This document shows positions 38,675 through 50,990 of a DNA stretch of 64,000 nt, one piece after another. Below the pieces are notes generated by a model, which saw only the letters and a program-made list of their open reading frames with translations, was not told the DNA's origin and did no database searches. The first letter of the stretch is position 1; every line of letters begins with the position of its first letter. The stretch lies in contig OX597814.1 in assembly GCA_951406725.2 (NCBI GenBank), positions 114,886,001-114,950,000 of the forward strand, written 5' to 3'. A program made the position numbers and the translations under genes. The DNA comes from Octopus vulgaris. Its lineage: Eukaryota.

Positions 38675-39045
38675 TGTAGTTTCACGCTTTCTAGAACTCA
38701 CTCTTGAGGCGTAGGGCCCATCAAATTCTTAGGCTATGCGTCTCATTGGTGTGAGTTCAGAGTATAGCCACAAACTCACGAGTTTATTTATGTCAAAAAG
38801 TCAGCTCACTCTTGCAATTTGAGTTACAACAGAACTATCTTCTGACTGACAATGACTCAGGAACTAGGCTTTGGATGCTGGCTTAGATGAGTGGAGGTGC
38901 TTATCTCCCCCTTTGTAAACATAAAGACACAGGAGATGTGCCAAGGCCGACAGGAAGCGGTGCTGCTTCCTAGGGCGAAATAGCAGTAGTATTATTCCCT
39001 TTCATGGGACTGTCACATTAAGTTGACAACATACCCCCGCTTAAA
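38675..39045 (-). mobile_element. Possible LTR with adjacent polypurine tract
   Basis: Minus strand AAGCGGGGGTA then TGTTGT...ACTACA (TG..CA, short terminal IR), AATAAA in the distal part, higher GC than flanks. Confidence 0.4.
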
Positions 39046-40194
39046 TAAAGCTATTATAAATTATAAATACCTGGAAACACATTTCATTTACAGTTAAGTC
39101 ATTCATATCTAAGACCACAGTCTCTTACGTTTATCTCTTGCCTTCCACCTAATTATCATATCCCGAAACAACAGCTCACATACGCACACAAAGACTCATA
39201 TATATATATATATATATACATATACATACATGCGCCATCTATTAATGTTTACATATATACGTAAACGCATATGTCAATACACAAGAGCGTGTACATGCAT
39301 TTTTGTGGAGGAATTTATATTTAAACTACATATGTAAGTAATGTGTGTGTGTGTGTTATGTGTGAAGACATATATTACGTTGAACTCATATAGACGCTAG
39401 ATTATATCGCAAAGAAGATAGAATAATGAAACCACTCGTGAGATTTGAACCAATTACCCATCCGTATTCAGTGACAGTGTTATCAGATTTGGGACATAAA
39501 TGTCTGATTACTTTTAACGGAACTTCTAATATTTAATAAAGCTTTGCTATTGTGGTTTATGTTTCGTGTATTGGTATATTGACAGCGAATCTGATAAAAG
39601 AAACTTTGGTGTTGTTCACTCCACCCTTCTTGTTATTGAATTAACCATAAAACAACAGGTGTCTGAATAACACCGCTTTGATAAACAGTTACATAATTTA
39701 AAGGATTCTGAGAACAAATAGTTCCCGACAATTTGTAAATGTCTAAAGAAGAATCGCGCAATATATTCACTTTCACAAACAATTCAAACTACGCGGTGAG
39801 ATATAGATTTAAGAAATGTCATTTTGGACATTTTCCAGAAACAATAGATGTTATCATGTTACTCCGTCATTTTTTTAATCATTTAATCAACTCATTCATT
39901 TGGGTATATGTAAGATCCGGGTAAGTATATCATCAATTTTCTTTTCTTTTACTTGCTCGTTCTAAAAGTAATGATACTACCTTTGGCCTTCGCAGCCTCT
40001 CCGAAACCGGGGATGTTGTTGCTATTTATGACCCTCTTGAAAACTTGTAAACCAACACGTGTGTTTTATGTGTGACTATTTGAATATTCTATTAATAGCC
40101 TGGTATCTATGAACAGTAGCAATCGTAAAACTGATTTAAAACTCTTCCAGTCATTGTGATGTCGAGAAATCTAACACGAACCCACATCCATCCA

Positions 40195-40380
40195 CACTGG
40201 CACTCCGTCGATTACAAAGACGAGGGTTCCAGTCAATCCAATCAACAGAACAGCCTGCTCATAAACTTAACATGCAAGTGCCTGAGCACTCCACGGACAC
40301 GAGTACCTTTAACTTAATTATCAGTCACGAGGCTTAGTGGTTAAGGTATTCGGCTCACAATCGTAAGGTTCTGACCTCAC
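40195..40380. mobile_element. SINE family C fragments (3' end on -, head on +)
   Basis: GGCACTCCGTCG..AACAGCCTGCTC..TGAGCACTCCAC then GGCTTAGTGGTTAAGGTATTCGGCTCACAATCG. Confidence 0.8.
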
Positions 40381-40525
40381 ATCTTGTGTCCATCCACATG
40401 CATATCTATTGGCTATCCTCAGGTTATATACAAAGAGATACGTAGATGTATACATATTATATATAAATATAATATATACAGATATGTGTATATATATATA
40501 TATATTTACACAGCAAGTAAAAGAC

Positions 40526-40581
<56 letters not shown>

Positions 40582-40889
40582 AAGTGAGAGAGAAAGAGAG
40601 AGAGAGATAGATAGATATGCATATATGCATACATATGCAAATATATACATTTATGTGTGTGTACTTATATACATACATACATATATACTTAAATATACAC
40701 ACACATGGTACATATATACATATATACATCTGTAGAAAGTGTAGAACTTTCCAGAAGTTTATCATTTAAATATATATGAGTATGTCTAGATATGCAACTA
40801 TATGCATGAGAATACATACATAAAACATACAAATCTGCACTTACATGCATGCATGCGTACATACATACATACATACATACATACAAACA

Positions 40890-41000
40890 AAAATACCCCG
40901 TTGCTGATGTTGAAATTCCAATGAAGGTGTTTTGAATCTAGGTTAGAAACCGATTCTTTCTCTGTTGGTAAGAAATCTTGAAATAAACTGAATAACGACA
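40890..41000 (+). mobile_element. Short element in (CATA)n with degenerate hammerhead-like motif
   Basis: CCAATGA-AGG..TAGGTTA-GAAAC-CGATT flanked by GAAA/TTTC; CATA repeats on both sides. Confidence 0.35.
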
Positions 41001-41188
41001 TACATATTTACAAATACCGGAAAATATCTAAACTCAAAAAGCCTTGTTTTGTTAGCAACCGGTTAGAAGTCTCTCAAGAACTTAAATTAAATTCAAAGAA
41101 ATATTATAAATACAAAAAACGCACACACGCACGCACGCACACATACATACAAACAAACAAGCATGCATACATACGTATATATATATAG

Positions 41189-41420
41189 CGGAGTAAGCAC
41201 ATAAATGTGAAATAAGGTGGAAAACAAGAGTACTCAAGTACCAGAGGTAGAGTAATATGCTTTATTTAAAAGCAGCAAAAATATAACAAAAGTTGTTACT
41301 CAGTTTCAAGTTCCCGTTCGTCGGACAGTTTTGTAAAGAAAATTGTCCGACAAACGGGAACGTGAAACTCTGAGTAACAGCTTTTGTTATATTTCTGCAC
41401 TGCTTTTAAATAAAGTATAT
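41189..41420. mobile_element. Fold-back element with hammerhead-like motifs on both strands
   Basis: Leader GAGTAAGCACATAAATGTGAAATAAGGT shared with 34757; arms 41255-41333 and 41340-41420 inverted; flanked by (TA)n. Confidence 0.78.
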
Positions 41421-41427
41421 ATATATA

Positions 41428-41888
41428 TTTGTATGTGTAACGTAATAGTTTAGAAAAAATACATTGGTATCTAGCGCAAACTAGATATCTCTTCAGTTTC
41501 TCTAAACGATAACTGTTCTCTGCAAAATACCAAGAACGCAGGTGGTATTTTAAGAAATATTCCTCTTGAAAAATTCTGCCCGGGCGAGCTGTCCAGATTT
41601 TCGGAAATTTTTACTTCAAAATTAAAAAAACTTAGCTATCAAGCGAAGGAAGACAACTCCACGCAGCTTCCTTCCTGAAGTTCAGGTAGCCTCCTAGCTC
41701 ATGTGATTCGCCCAGCCATAATTTTTTAAGAGGAATATTACTTGAACTATCACCAGTGTTGTTGTATTTAAAAAAAAAAACATTGTTTGCAGAGAGCAGT
41801 TATCGTTTAGAGAAACTGAAGAGATGTCTAGTTCACGCTAGATATGAAACCAATGTTTTTTTCTAAACTGTTACATTACACATACAAA
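41428..41888. mobile_element. Fold-back/MITE with ~160-bp inverted repeats
   Basis: TTTGTATGTGTAACGTAATAGTTTAGAAAAAA..CTCTTCAGTTTCTCTAAACGATAACTG pairs with CAGTTATCGTTTAGAGAAACTGAAGAG..TTACACATACAAA. Confidence 0.88.
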
Positions 41889-41948
41889 AATAAGCAACTG
41901 CTCTATATTTTGTAGGGTATGCTCTTCTCCTGACTTATAATCTTATAA

Positions 41949-41998
<50 letters not shown>

Positions 41999-42588
41999 CA
42001 TATCTGGCAAATAAATCCATCAATATGATACATTCAGAAATTCGGAATTGTTTAATTTCTCAACGAAAATACCAATAGCATTTTAAAAATAGGAAATTAC
42101 AAGCTTCAAGTCGAAACAGCATTGGTTTGCAGTTATTTGAAGATTTATATTCTGGTATCTTTCCTACACACTACAGATATTTTTATTACCTCGGTAAGAC
42201 AGGACATTTTCAGTTGCAAATGCATGCTTTCACTTCGATCCTCTTCCACGCCCTGTTTTTTTTTTATTATAGCCGTTTCTTTGTGGAGGAATTGTATTTA
42301 TAGTTAGGCTTCAGGAGAATTTGTCTTTGGGAACACCATCTAAAACGGAGTATAACCGGTAAAACTTATAGGATATGCTATATTTGAAACTTATTGATTC
42401 CATGATTTTGTGTTTGTTTTGCTTTGTTTCTTTTTACAAAGAAACAGGTTATAGCCTCAGCTATAATTTCTAACTGGTTGTCGAGCACTACCAGCAAATA
42501 AAATGTTTCGATAAGACAAAATGAAACGTGCCTTGTGAATCTTATATGTATCTATTAACCACATATATATATATATATGTGTGTGTGT

Positions 42589-42642
<54 letters not shown>

Positions 42643-43943
42643 ATGCCATCTTATGAATATCGGTATTTGAATAATATTCGGATATGTTTCGTGCGTGCTG
42701 TCTAAGCTTCTTTGTGGATTTTGCTTTCTATAGCTTCGTATTACATGATGGAAGAATTATGGATTTAGAATTCCTTCCAGTTATGCATGAACATCTTTAA
42801 AATAACAGGCACACATAAATATTCATCAAATCTTCTGGCAGCTTCATGTCTTTGACGTAAACAATTATATATTTGGAATATTCATCTAAATTTGCCTATT
42901 TCAAATTTTGCCAGAAATAAGAATTTTTTCTTGAAATTACTTAAAGTTTAAATTTCTCTTTTGTTTATTTGTTATCTATTTGGATTCGCTTTTTTTAAAA
43001 AGTAGTTTCTCATATTGGATTCATACGCGATTGACGAGTCAGTACATAAGTTCGTACACATATACATACGTACAGATAGACAAACAGAAATATGTTTTAC
43101 CAGTTTTGTAAATGTTCAAGTACCTTGACTATAGGAGATAAGGTTAGACAATTCTCATGCGGATGACGTCTATTGAGGTAGAAACATGTGTCCTAGACAA
43201 TAAGCTTGTCTTTTTTCTTGACGACGTCAATTTTGGAAAAAGTTTCATCCTTGAGATTATGTCCCCCTTCTCATATAGAACTGGTCTTAAATAGTATTTG
43301 AGAATTATGACACGTCCTGCAGAGGCGCAGATAGTCTTAATGAATCAAAAATGTATGTTGTATGGTATATAATATACCTATATTTGTTTATGATTTTCAA
43401 AAATATCATCTACATATAAATACGTACACACATACACACAGGGAGAGAAAGACAGAGAATGTATGTGTGTGTGTGTGTGTGTTTTGTTAGAATCCAGTAG
43501 CTTTGCATTTCAGCACCTCAATGTTATGTGCTAAAAAGTTTGTTCTTTCCTATTTCTAAAATTCTGTTTGCATTTTCGTTGAGAAACTAAACCTTAACGG
43601 AAATACTATTTTTCTTTGTTATATTTATATATCCTCCTTGGTCAATCTTATTACTTATCTACCAATTCTGTAAACTTGCTGGAGTGTAGTTTTATGGCTT
43701 TTGATCAGCCTTCACAGCAGACATATCCTCAAAGGCTTCTAACGGCAGATATTTTTCTGAAAATTGTTTATTTGGAATCTCATTATCCAAAATGTATTTC
43801 TGGTGGTCAGGTATAATCTGTTAGAGAGATGATTGCGATTTTTTACAGGTTCACCAATTGCTTGCAAACTCCTTCGCTGGTGCGTTTTCCATAATGTAAA
43901 CTCGTGTGGAGAAACTAAGCATTCAACTTTCCCAGCAGAAATA

Positions 43944-44270
43944 TGTGGCTGTGTGATAAGAGGTTTGCTTTGCAACCACATGGTACCAAGTTCAGTCCCA
44001 CTGCGAAGCACTTTAGGCAAGTGTAGCTATTATAGCCTCGGGCCTACCGAAGCCTTGTGAGAGCATTTGGTTGACGGAAACTGAAAGAAACTGGTCGAAT
44101 TTAAATATATTTATCTAAGTGTTTGTGTCTTTGTGTCTGTGTTCCCATCACCGCTTGATAACCGAGGTTGGCGTGCTTACGACTCCATAACTTATCGTTT
44201 CGGCATAAGAGACCAATAAAATAAGTACCAGGGGTAAATAAATAAAGTTTTTGGGTCGAATCGTTCGATA
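43944..44270 (+). mobile_element. SINE family A, diverged
   Basis: TGTGGCTGTGTGATAAG..GTTCAGTCCCACTGCG..GACGGAAACTGAAAGAA. Confidence 0.85.
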
Positions 44271-44504
44271 CATCCATATATAACAGACGCAGTACATAGT
44301 TACAAAAACTCATACACAGTCCCACTCAGACATGCACATACACATACACACACAAACATGAATATGCAGAATACATACATACAAACGTACAGACATACAT
44401 ATATGCATACACACACATACATGCAAACACACATACATACATACATACATATGTGTATACGCACGCACACTGACCCACACACATGCGCGCAACAAGCAAA
44501 AAGA

Positions 44505-44722
44505 ACGCTGCTCGGATAACGGACAAAGCCAACGACTAATGAAAAGGTTTCAAGATGCAACGAAAATTTTCGAAAAATTAAATAAGTAGATGAGTGGAAA
44601 CTTAACTGGTGAGTGTTTTAAATAATAAGGCACTAAAGGAGAATAACTCTCCCCAGACACAACAAAATATGCTTCAACACACGGACTCACATAATGAATC
44701 TTGCAAACCAAATCCCAAAACG
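44505..44722 (+). mobile_element. Short element between microsatellites with degenerate hammerhead-like motif
   Basis: CGA-CTAATGA-AAAG-GTT..AAC-GAAA-ATTT-TCG at 44533-44572. Confidence 0.35.
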
Positions 44723-44729
44723 ATATATA

Positions 44730-44893
44730 TATACGACGGGCTTTTCTCAGTTTCCGTCTACCAAATCCACTCACAATGCTTTAGTCGGCCTGTGGCTAAA
44801 GCAGAAAAAACTTACCCAAGGTTCCACCCAGCGAGGTTGAACCCGGAACCATGTGGTTGGGAAACAAGCTTCTTACCACATAGACACGCCTGT
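44730..44893 (-). mobile_element. SINE family A 5' half
   Basis: CGACGGGCTTTTCTCAGTTTCCGTCTACCAAATCCACTCACAA..AACCCGGAACCATGTGGTTGGGAA. Confidence 0.88.
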
Positions 44894-45663
44894 ACGTAAT
44901 TCTTTTTATTTTATTTGTTTCAAGTACAATAATCGTTGCTTATATTGTATTCCTGAATGCAAATACAGTAGAAAAATAGTAGCAGATCATATTGACTTCC
45001 CTTCGCTACAGGTTTTCTTTTTTATACCCTACTGTGAAAGATAATAACACAATATTTCATACAACACCCTTGATGTTATTTAAGTTGTAACTTGGTGCTG
45101 CCTACGAGAACCGGTCTTCGGTGTGAAGAACTAGTCTTAAATTTAATATGACTGTTTTGTATTTACCATTATCATATATATAATATAGATTATTTTGAAA
45201 TCTGAAGTTGAGTCTTGTCTTACAATCGAAAATATGGTTATAGATATAATTACTCACTGAAAAGAAACTTATGGAAAAGTACGTTTTTACATTAGAACTC
45301 TACATTGTTTGGTCAAATAATGCAAACATATCAGCTTTTACAGGTGCTGTTATACACTGTAGGCTTTGTACCAAGCAGTGAATGATCAATTATTTGGCTT
45401 GTAGCTCGGAGTTATTCGTTTTTTAGTTGTTAGTTGTTTCCTGTCCAGGAACAAAAATGCCAAAATGTAGATGTAAAATGGATTTAGAAACACAGATTAA
45501 TTATGGAATACGTATCTGTTGTAGTAAAATTTAGGGCTGTATGCCTGGCCATCATTACAAATTGAATACGTGTATGAGCCAAACATTAGTTCTTCCCGAA
45601 TATTCCTATATTTGACCCGCTTAGTTCGTCATTTTAAAAACTTATTTATCTCTACATTAAATA

Positions 45664-45834
45664 GGCGTAGGAGTGGCTTTGTGGTAAGTAGCTTGCTTAC
45701 GAACCACATGGTTCCGGGTTCAGTCCCACTGCGTGGCACCTTGGACAAGTGTCTTCTACTATAACCTGGGGCCGACTAAAGCCTTGTGAGTGGATTTGGT
45801 AGACGGAAGCTGAAAGAAGCCCGTTGTATATATG

Positions 45835-45891
<57 letters not shown>

Positions 45892-46096
45892 GTGTGTGTA
45901 TATATGTTTGTGTGTCTGTGTTTGTCCCTCCAACATCGCTTGACAACTGATGCTGGTGTAACTTAGCGGTTCCGCAAAAGAGACCGATCGAATAAGTACT
46001 AGGCTTACAAAGAATAAGTCCTGGGGTCGATTTCCTCGACTAAAGGCGGTGCTCCAGCATGGCCACAGTCAAATGACTGAAACGAGTAAAAGAGAG
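45664..46096 (+). mobile_element. SINE family A, full length
   Basis: A-box-like TGGCTTTGTGG, B-box-like GGTTCAGTCCC, central CCTTGGACAAGTGTC, internal microsatellite, tail GGCGGTGCTCCAGCATGGCC. Confidence 0.92.
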
Positions 46097-47179
46097 AAGT
46101 TACATGCAATCTTCCAAAGATGTTACCTTTATCAATTTGATACACATACCACTCTAAACAACAGTAATAAATTCTATAACACTCTTCGGGGATTAATAGG
46201 TAATGATTTTTAGAGCTAAAAGAAGTAAAAGTTTCAGCTTGTCACTAGTAGCAACAATTAGCTACTAAGCATTTGAAATATTTTATTCCATGATATAAAA
46301 CAATAATATTACTCTTTAAAATCTAAACAGCTCTCAGCTATGAAAAACTCGTCTTTATAAAAATCTGTTTACTGCGTATGCGAGTGAGAGGTCATAAATA
46401 CGGCTGAAATAAAAATAAAGCATCTATCATGTTCGTATTTCCTATTTTCTAGAAAGTTTTCAAACATTTATTTTTATTCGTACAAATAAAAACGTTAAGC
46501 TACAATTTAATAATATTTTTTATTCGAATTTTACATGTAATATTTCTGTTTGCCTGTTAATGATAAAATCATGAGTGGAAAAAAGCTCCGAAAATTTCTT
46601 ATTTACATTTGTCATAATAGACATAAATTTAAGCATTTATATACGGCATAATAATTTATGCGTAGGATTATGTGAAATAAAGAGAGACAATTAAGCAGGA
46701 ATGCTTTTCGATTCAAACTAACATCTTTAAAAGAGTTTTAAGGTATATATCGAAGTGAATGCATAAACAATGACCGAAAGCAATAAATTTCTTTCCCTTA
46801 TATCGATAATGCAATGAGTGAAAGTAAAGTATATTTTTCTTCAAGTGCTTTAGATGTAAATAATCTATATTAATGATTATATATAATACTGTTACAAAAT
46901 ACACCCTATAATTCTTAATGATTTTCAATAGAACGCCTCACATTTTCAAAACAAACTGTCAATTAATCAAAATATCTGAACTGAGAAAATTTTTTACGTA
47001 TATTTGTCATTGAATCAGAGATTATATTAATGCGAAATAATAACTCAACCTGATAAGATTAAACGGAGAAGAAACAAAAATGATTGTAGAGTAAACATAC
47101 GATATCTATTGGATATCTAGAGTATTGAGCCAAATTCTCGTCTATCCACATGCATACATACAAACACACATACATACAT

Positions 47180-47649
<470 letters not shown>

Positions 47650-48019
47650 AACTCGAGTCAATCTAATTTCACTCTAAAATATTTTATAGCTCTTTTCGGA
47701 TCATTTTCCATACTTGTAACTTCCTATGGTAGCATGAGATGATGAATTGATTATCGTTATGAAAAAAGAAAACACCTTAAACATATTGGCTTCTACATCT
47801 ACTGTATTGTTGCTTTGCAAATATCGAATCGACATATATTTTAAGTTTTTCCATAATGCAAAGCTAATATATTCTATTTATCATGTCTGTACATAGCTTT
47901 TATAGTTTTAAAAATTATTTCTGAGATAATCAAAATGTGCTCAACAATACGTAATTTCCTAAAAGCCAAATATGCTACCGCTCTTGTAGTAAATACACAT
48001 TCTTATATCCATGATGTTA

Positions 48020-48165
48020 AGCATTTTGCAGTCTTTAACTTCTGAGCTCAAAGGCTGCTGAGGTTGACTTTCTTTTCAAACTTTCAGGGCCGATAGAAGA
48101 AGTAGCATCCAGGAAATCGACTAGCCCCCTTCCCGAATGTCAGGCCTTGTGCCCGTAGAAAAGAT
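48020..48165 (+). mobile_element. SINE family B remnant
   Basis: TTCTGAGCTCAAA..GAGGTTGACTTT..CAGGCCTTGTGCCCGTAGAAAAGAT. Confidence 0.65.
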
Positions 48166-50051
48166 ATTATATTATATAAGATAACGCTTACACTTTTGAA
48201 TAAATGCTACATTGATTGATCAATGATCGATAAATTAATTACTTGAAAAATTATACCAGAAGTTTTGCACTATTATTATATAATCAAAGTGTTTAAATGC
48301 ATGTGAACGTTGTATTTTGAATGTCAATGTCTCCAACTTAAGACCATTCTCAACAATAATGTAATAAATACTTTTTCTGCCTATCTGGTAAAGAAGCTGT
48401 CTTTACAACCACGTGGTTCCGTGTTCGGATATAAGTATACATATACATATATATTTATATATATATATGTGTGTATACATATATGATTATTTATATATAT
48501 ATATGTATACATATCCATTTATATTCATGTATATATATGCATTTATATATATATACATTATATATATATATATACTCCCCATAATGTTTTTGTTTTTCTA
48601 AATCAACATTCAACAAATGCTACCAAACATAAATAAATATATATATAAAAAAAGATAGAAAAATGTATATTAGCAGCAGTTGAAAGCAAAAACTGAATAT
48701 AATGCAAGTATTTAATTTCAGTACCGAAGTGACGTCTCCTTTCCTTCTCCTCGGCAATATTACGTCATGTTCAAAGAACCGATAGTTAATGTAATATATC
48801 ACTCAGCGTTCTGCAGTACCACCGCAGCAGATATCACCGATCTTTATCTTTCCAGGGTTCTTATGCAAACGTAGAATGCTAATAGTCGTAATTCAATGTT
48901 TAAAATATAGCCTAAGTGCAGCATGAGATGGGTTCCTACTTCCAGTACACTATCACTAACTACAGAGCAATGTTCGAAACATTCGTTATACAGTCGTTCG
49001 GTGATAGCCCAAGCAGTGTAAGCATGCATGAGGTGCCTTAATTTATTAGTAATTCATTATCGTTCGTAATAGTTTCGTTTTCAAATTGTTTTAAATAAAA
49101 TCCAAACTGTAATCAGCTCAACTCCTCCACCAAAGCGCCTCTCTTAGAAAATCTACAAAAGAAACTCTGCAACTGCAGTGTATTTATTTGGAAAGAAATG
49201 GAAGGCGAAAAAATTTTCATAAATAGCTTGATCGATATTTTTTCAATATTTGCTGAATGAAATAAATTTTGTCAATATTCTTTATTTTTCTTTCAATAAA
49301 ATTATTCGATATATTTACATTTTGGGACGTTTTTTTTTTACTCTCTGTTAAAACCAACATTATTAGATTAAACGTTGAGTGCATTCCCATTACGATTAAT
49401 TACGATTCATCTTATTATCACTTTTGTTTATTATCTTTTCTATATTGGAATTATATATGAGCAACCATTGTCAAAATCTGTTCAATATTCATTAGATTTT
49501 ACTAAAGTTTTGTTATGAAATGATTAGTTCAATAAATAATGGACTGCGAAGTCATGATTAAAAAGATTTTTACTTTATAGGAAATAAACTAGGAGTTTAA
49601 GATAATGAAATACAATAAGACTTTAAAAGCTTTCCTTTAAATAAACGTACTAGGATCGATTAAAGCCTGTCGATGGCAGTTCATTATGATTTAGTTACAA
49701 GGGAAGACATATTCTGAGTGAATTTGCTCAGAATAAATGCCCTAAAATTACTATTCACGTTGTCTTTAAAATAACTTAAGATTGAATAATAAAAATTTAA
49801 AATTCTATGAATGAGTGAATATTTTGGTTTTAGAGTAAATAGGATTTTTAAAAATTCATTTTAAAGCATCAGAGAAATAGAGAATAAACCTATATAAAAA
49901 TGAGTAAAGAATATGTATTAAAAATATGTATAGAAAACAATGTAAATTTTTTCATTTCGTTTTTACTCTATATTTATTACAGAGTATGATTTTACAATGT
50001 TCATAAAGTGAATTTCTGTATGTCAACGGCATAAACTTTCTAATAGCAATA

Positions 50052-50106
<55 letters not shown>

Positions 50107-50202
50107 CTTACTCTAGCGAATCAGGAAATTTCAACCAATTAAAATTACACCTGCGGAGAGTAGAAAGTATATCAGTGTAATTATCATTGTTTTACACACA
50201 CA

Positions 50203-50252
<50 letters not shown>

Positions 50253-50297
50253 CGTGTGTATGTAATTCTATATATAGGTCTGTAAGCGTATGCATAA

Positions 50298-50374
<77 letters not shown>

Positions 50375-50588
50375 CATGTATATTTATACACTCATACACA
50401 CACATTTGTATGAGATCTAGCAGATGGAACACCTGCGCAGAAACCTACTCTCGTTAGCTTGAAGTAAATCGTTTGGGATTTTAACTCAAATATTCAGATT
50501 TTAAAATCAGTATTGAAAGGCTTTTCTCTCAATATTATCCAGTTATTTTTATATCAGTAACTATATTGTTCAATATAGTCTACTCAAT

Positions 50589-50990
50589 ATGATACCCCTA
50601 TACAGCATCCAATACACACTCCAACCTGACTACCAAAATTGTACCAACTGCACACTGGAAGGATCCTGTTTCTCAATGGCTATGGTTTATAGAGACATCC
50701 TCACACCATCCGGTGGCATTACAAGACAACGTACAGGCATGACAGCTAATAATTTCAAGAGAAGATCTACACAGCATATACACTCTTTCAGGTGTAGAAA
50801 TAGGTAAATTTCCACATCTCTGCCCCGTTTTCTCTGGAGACTCCCTGATCACTGGAAAGACTCCGAACATCGGCGCGAGTATTATTAACAGGTACCCTCC
50901 CTATTTACCAGGCACTCTCAGTAGCCACCCCTACTTCCACGAGAGATTACACATACTCCATCAACCTGCAGTATCATATACATCAGCAGA
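50589..50990 (+). pseudogene. Penelope-like element GIY-YIG endonuclease remnant
   Basis: NCTLEGSCFSMAMVYR..RTGMTANNFKRRSTQHIHSFR..STSLPRFLW fits the PLE pattern CPL.G.C...vVY...YiGmT...FK.R...H..SF...sT.Ls..iW; stops and frameshift present. Confidence 0.7.

Noticed and set aside
43160-43192. CGGATGA..GAAACATGT hammerhead-like string
   Set aside because: No convincing stem I and no second copy in the window
48950-49008. Hairpin as miRNA precursor
   Set aside because: Only terminal and loop-proximal pairing; no recognisable mature miRNA
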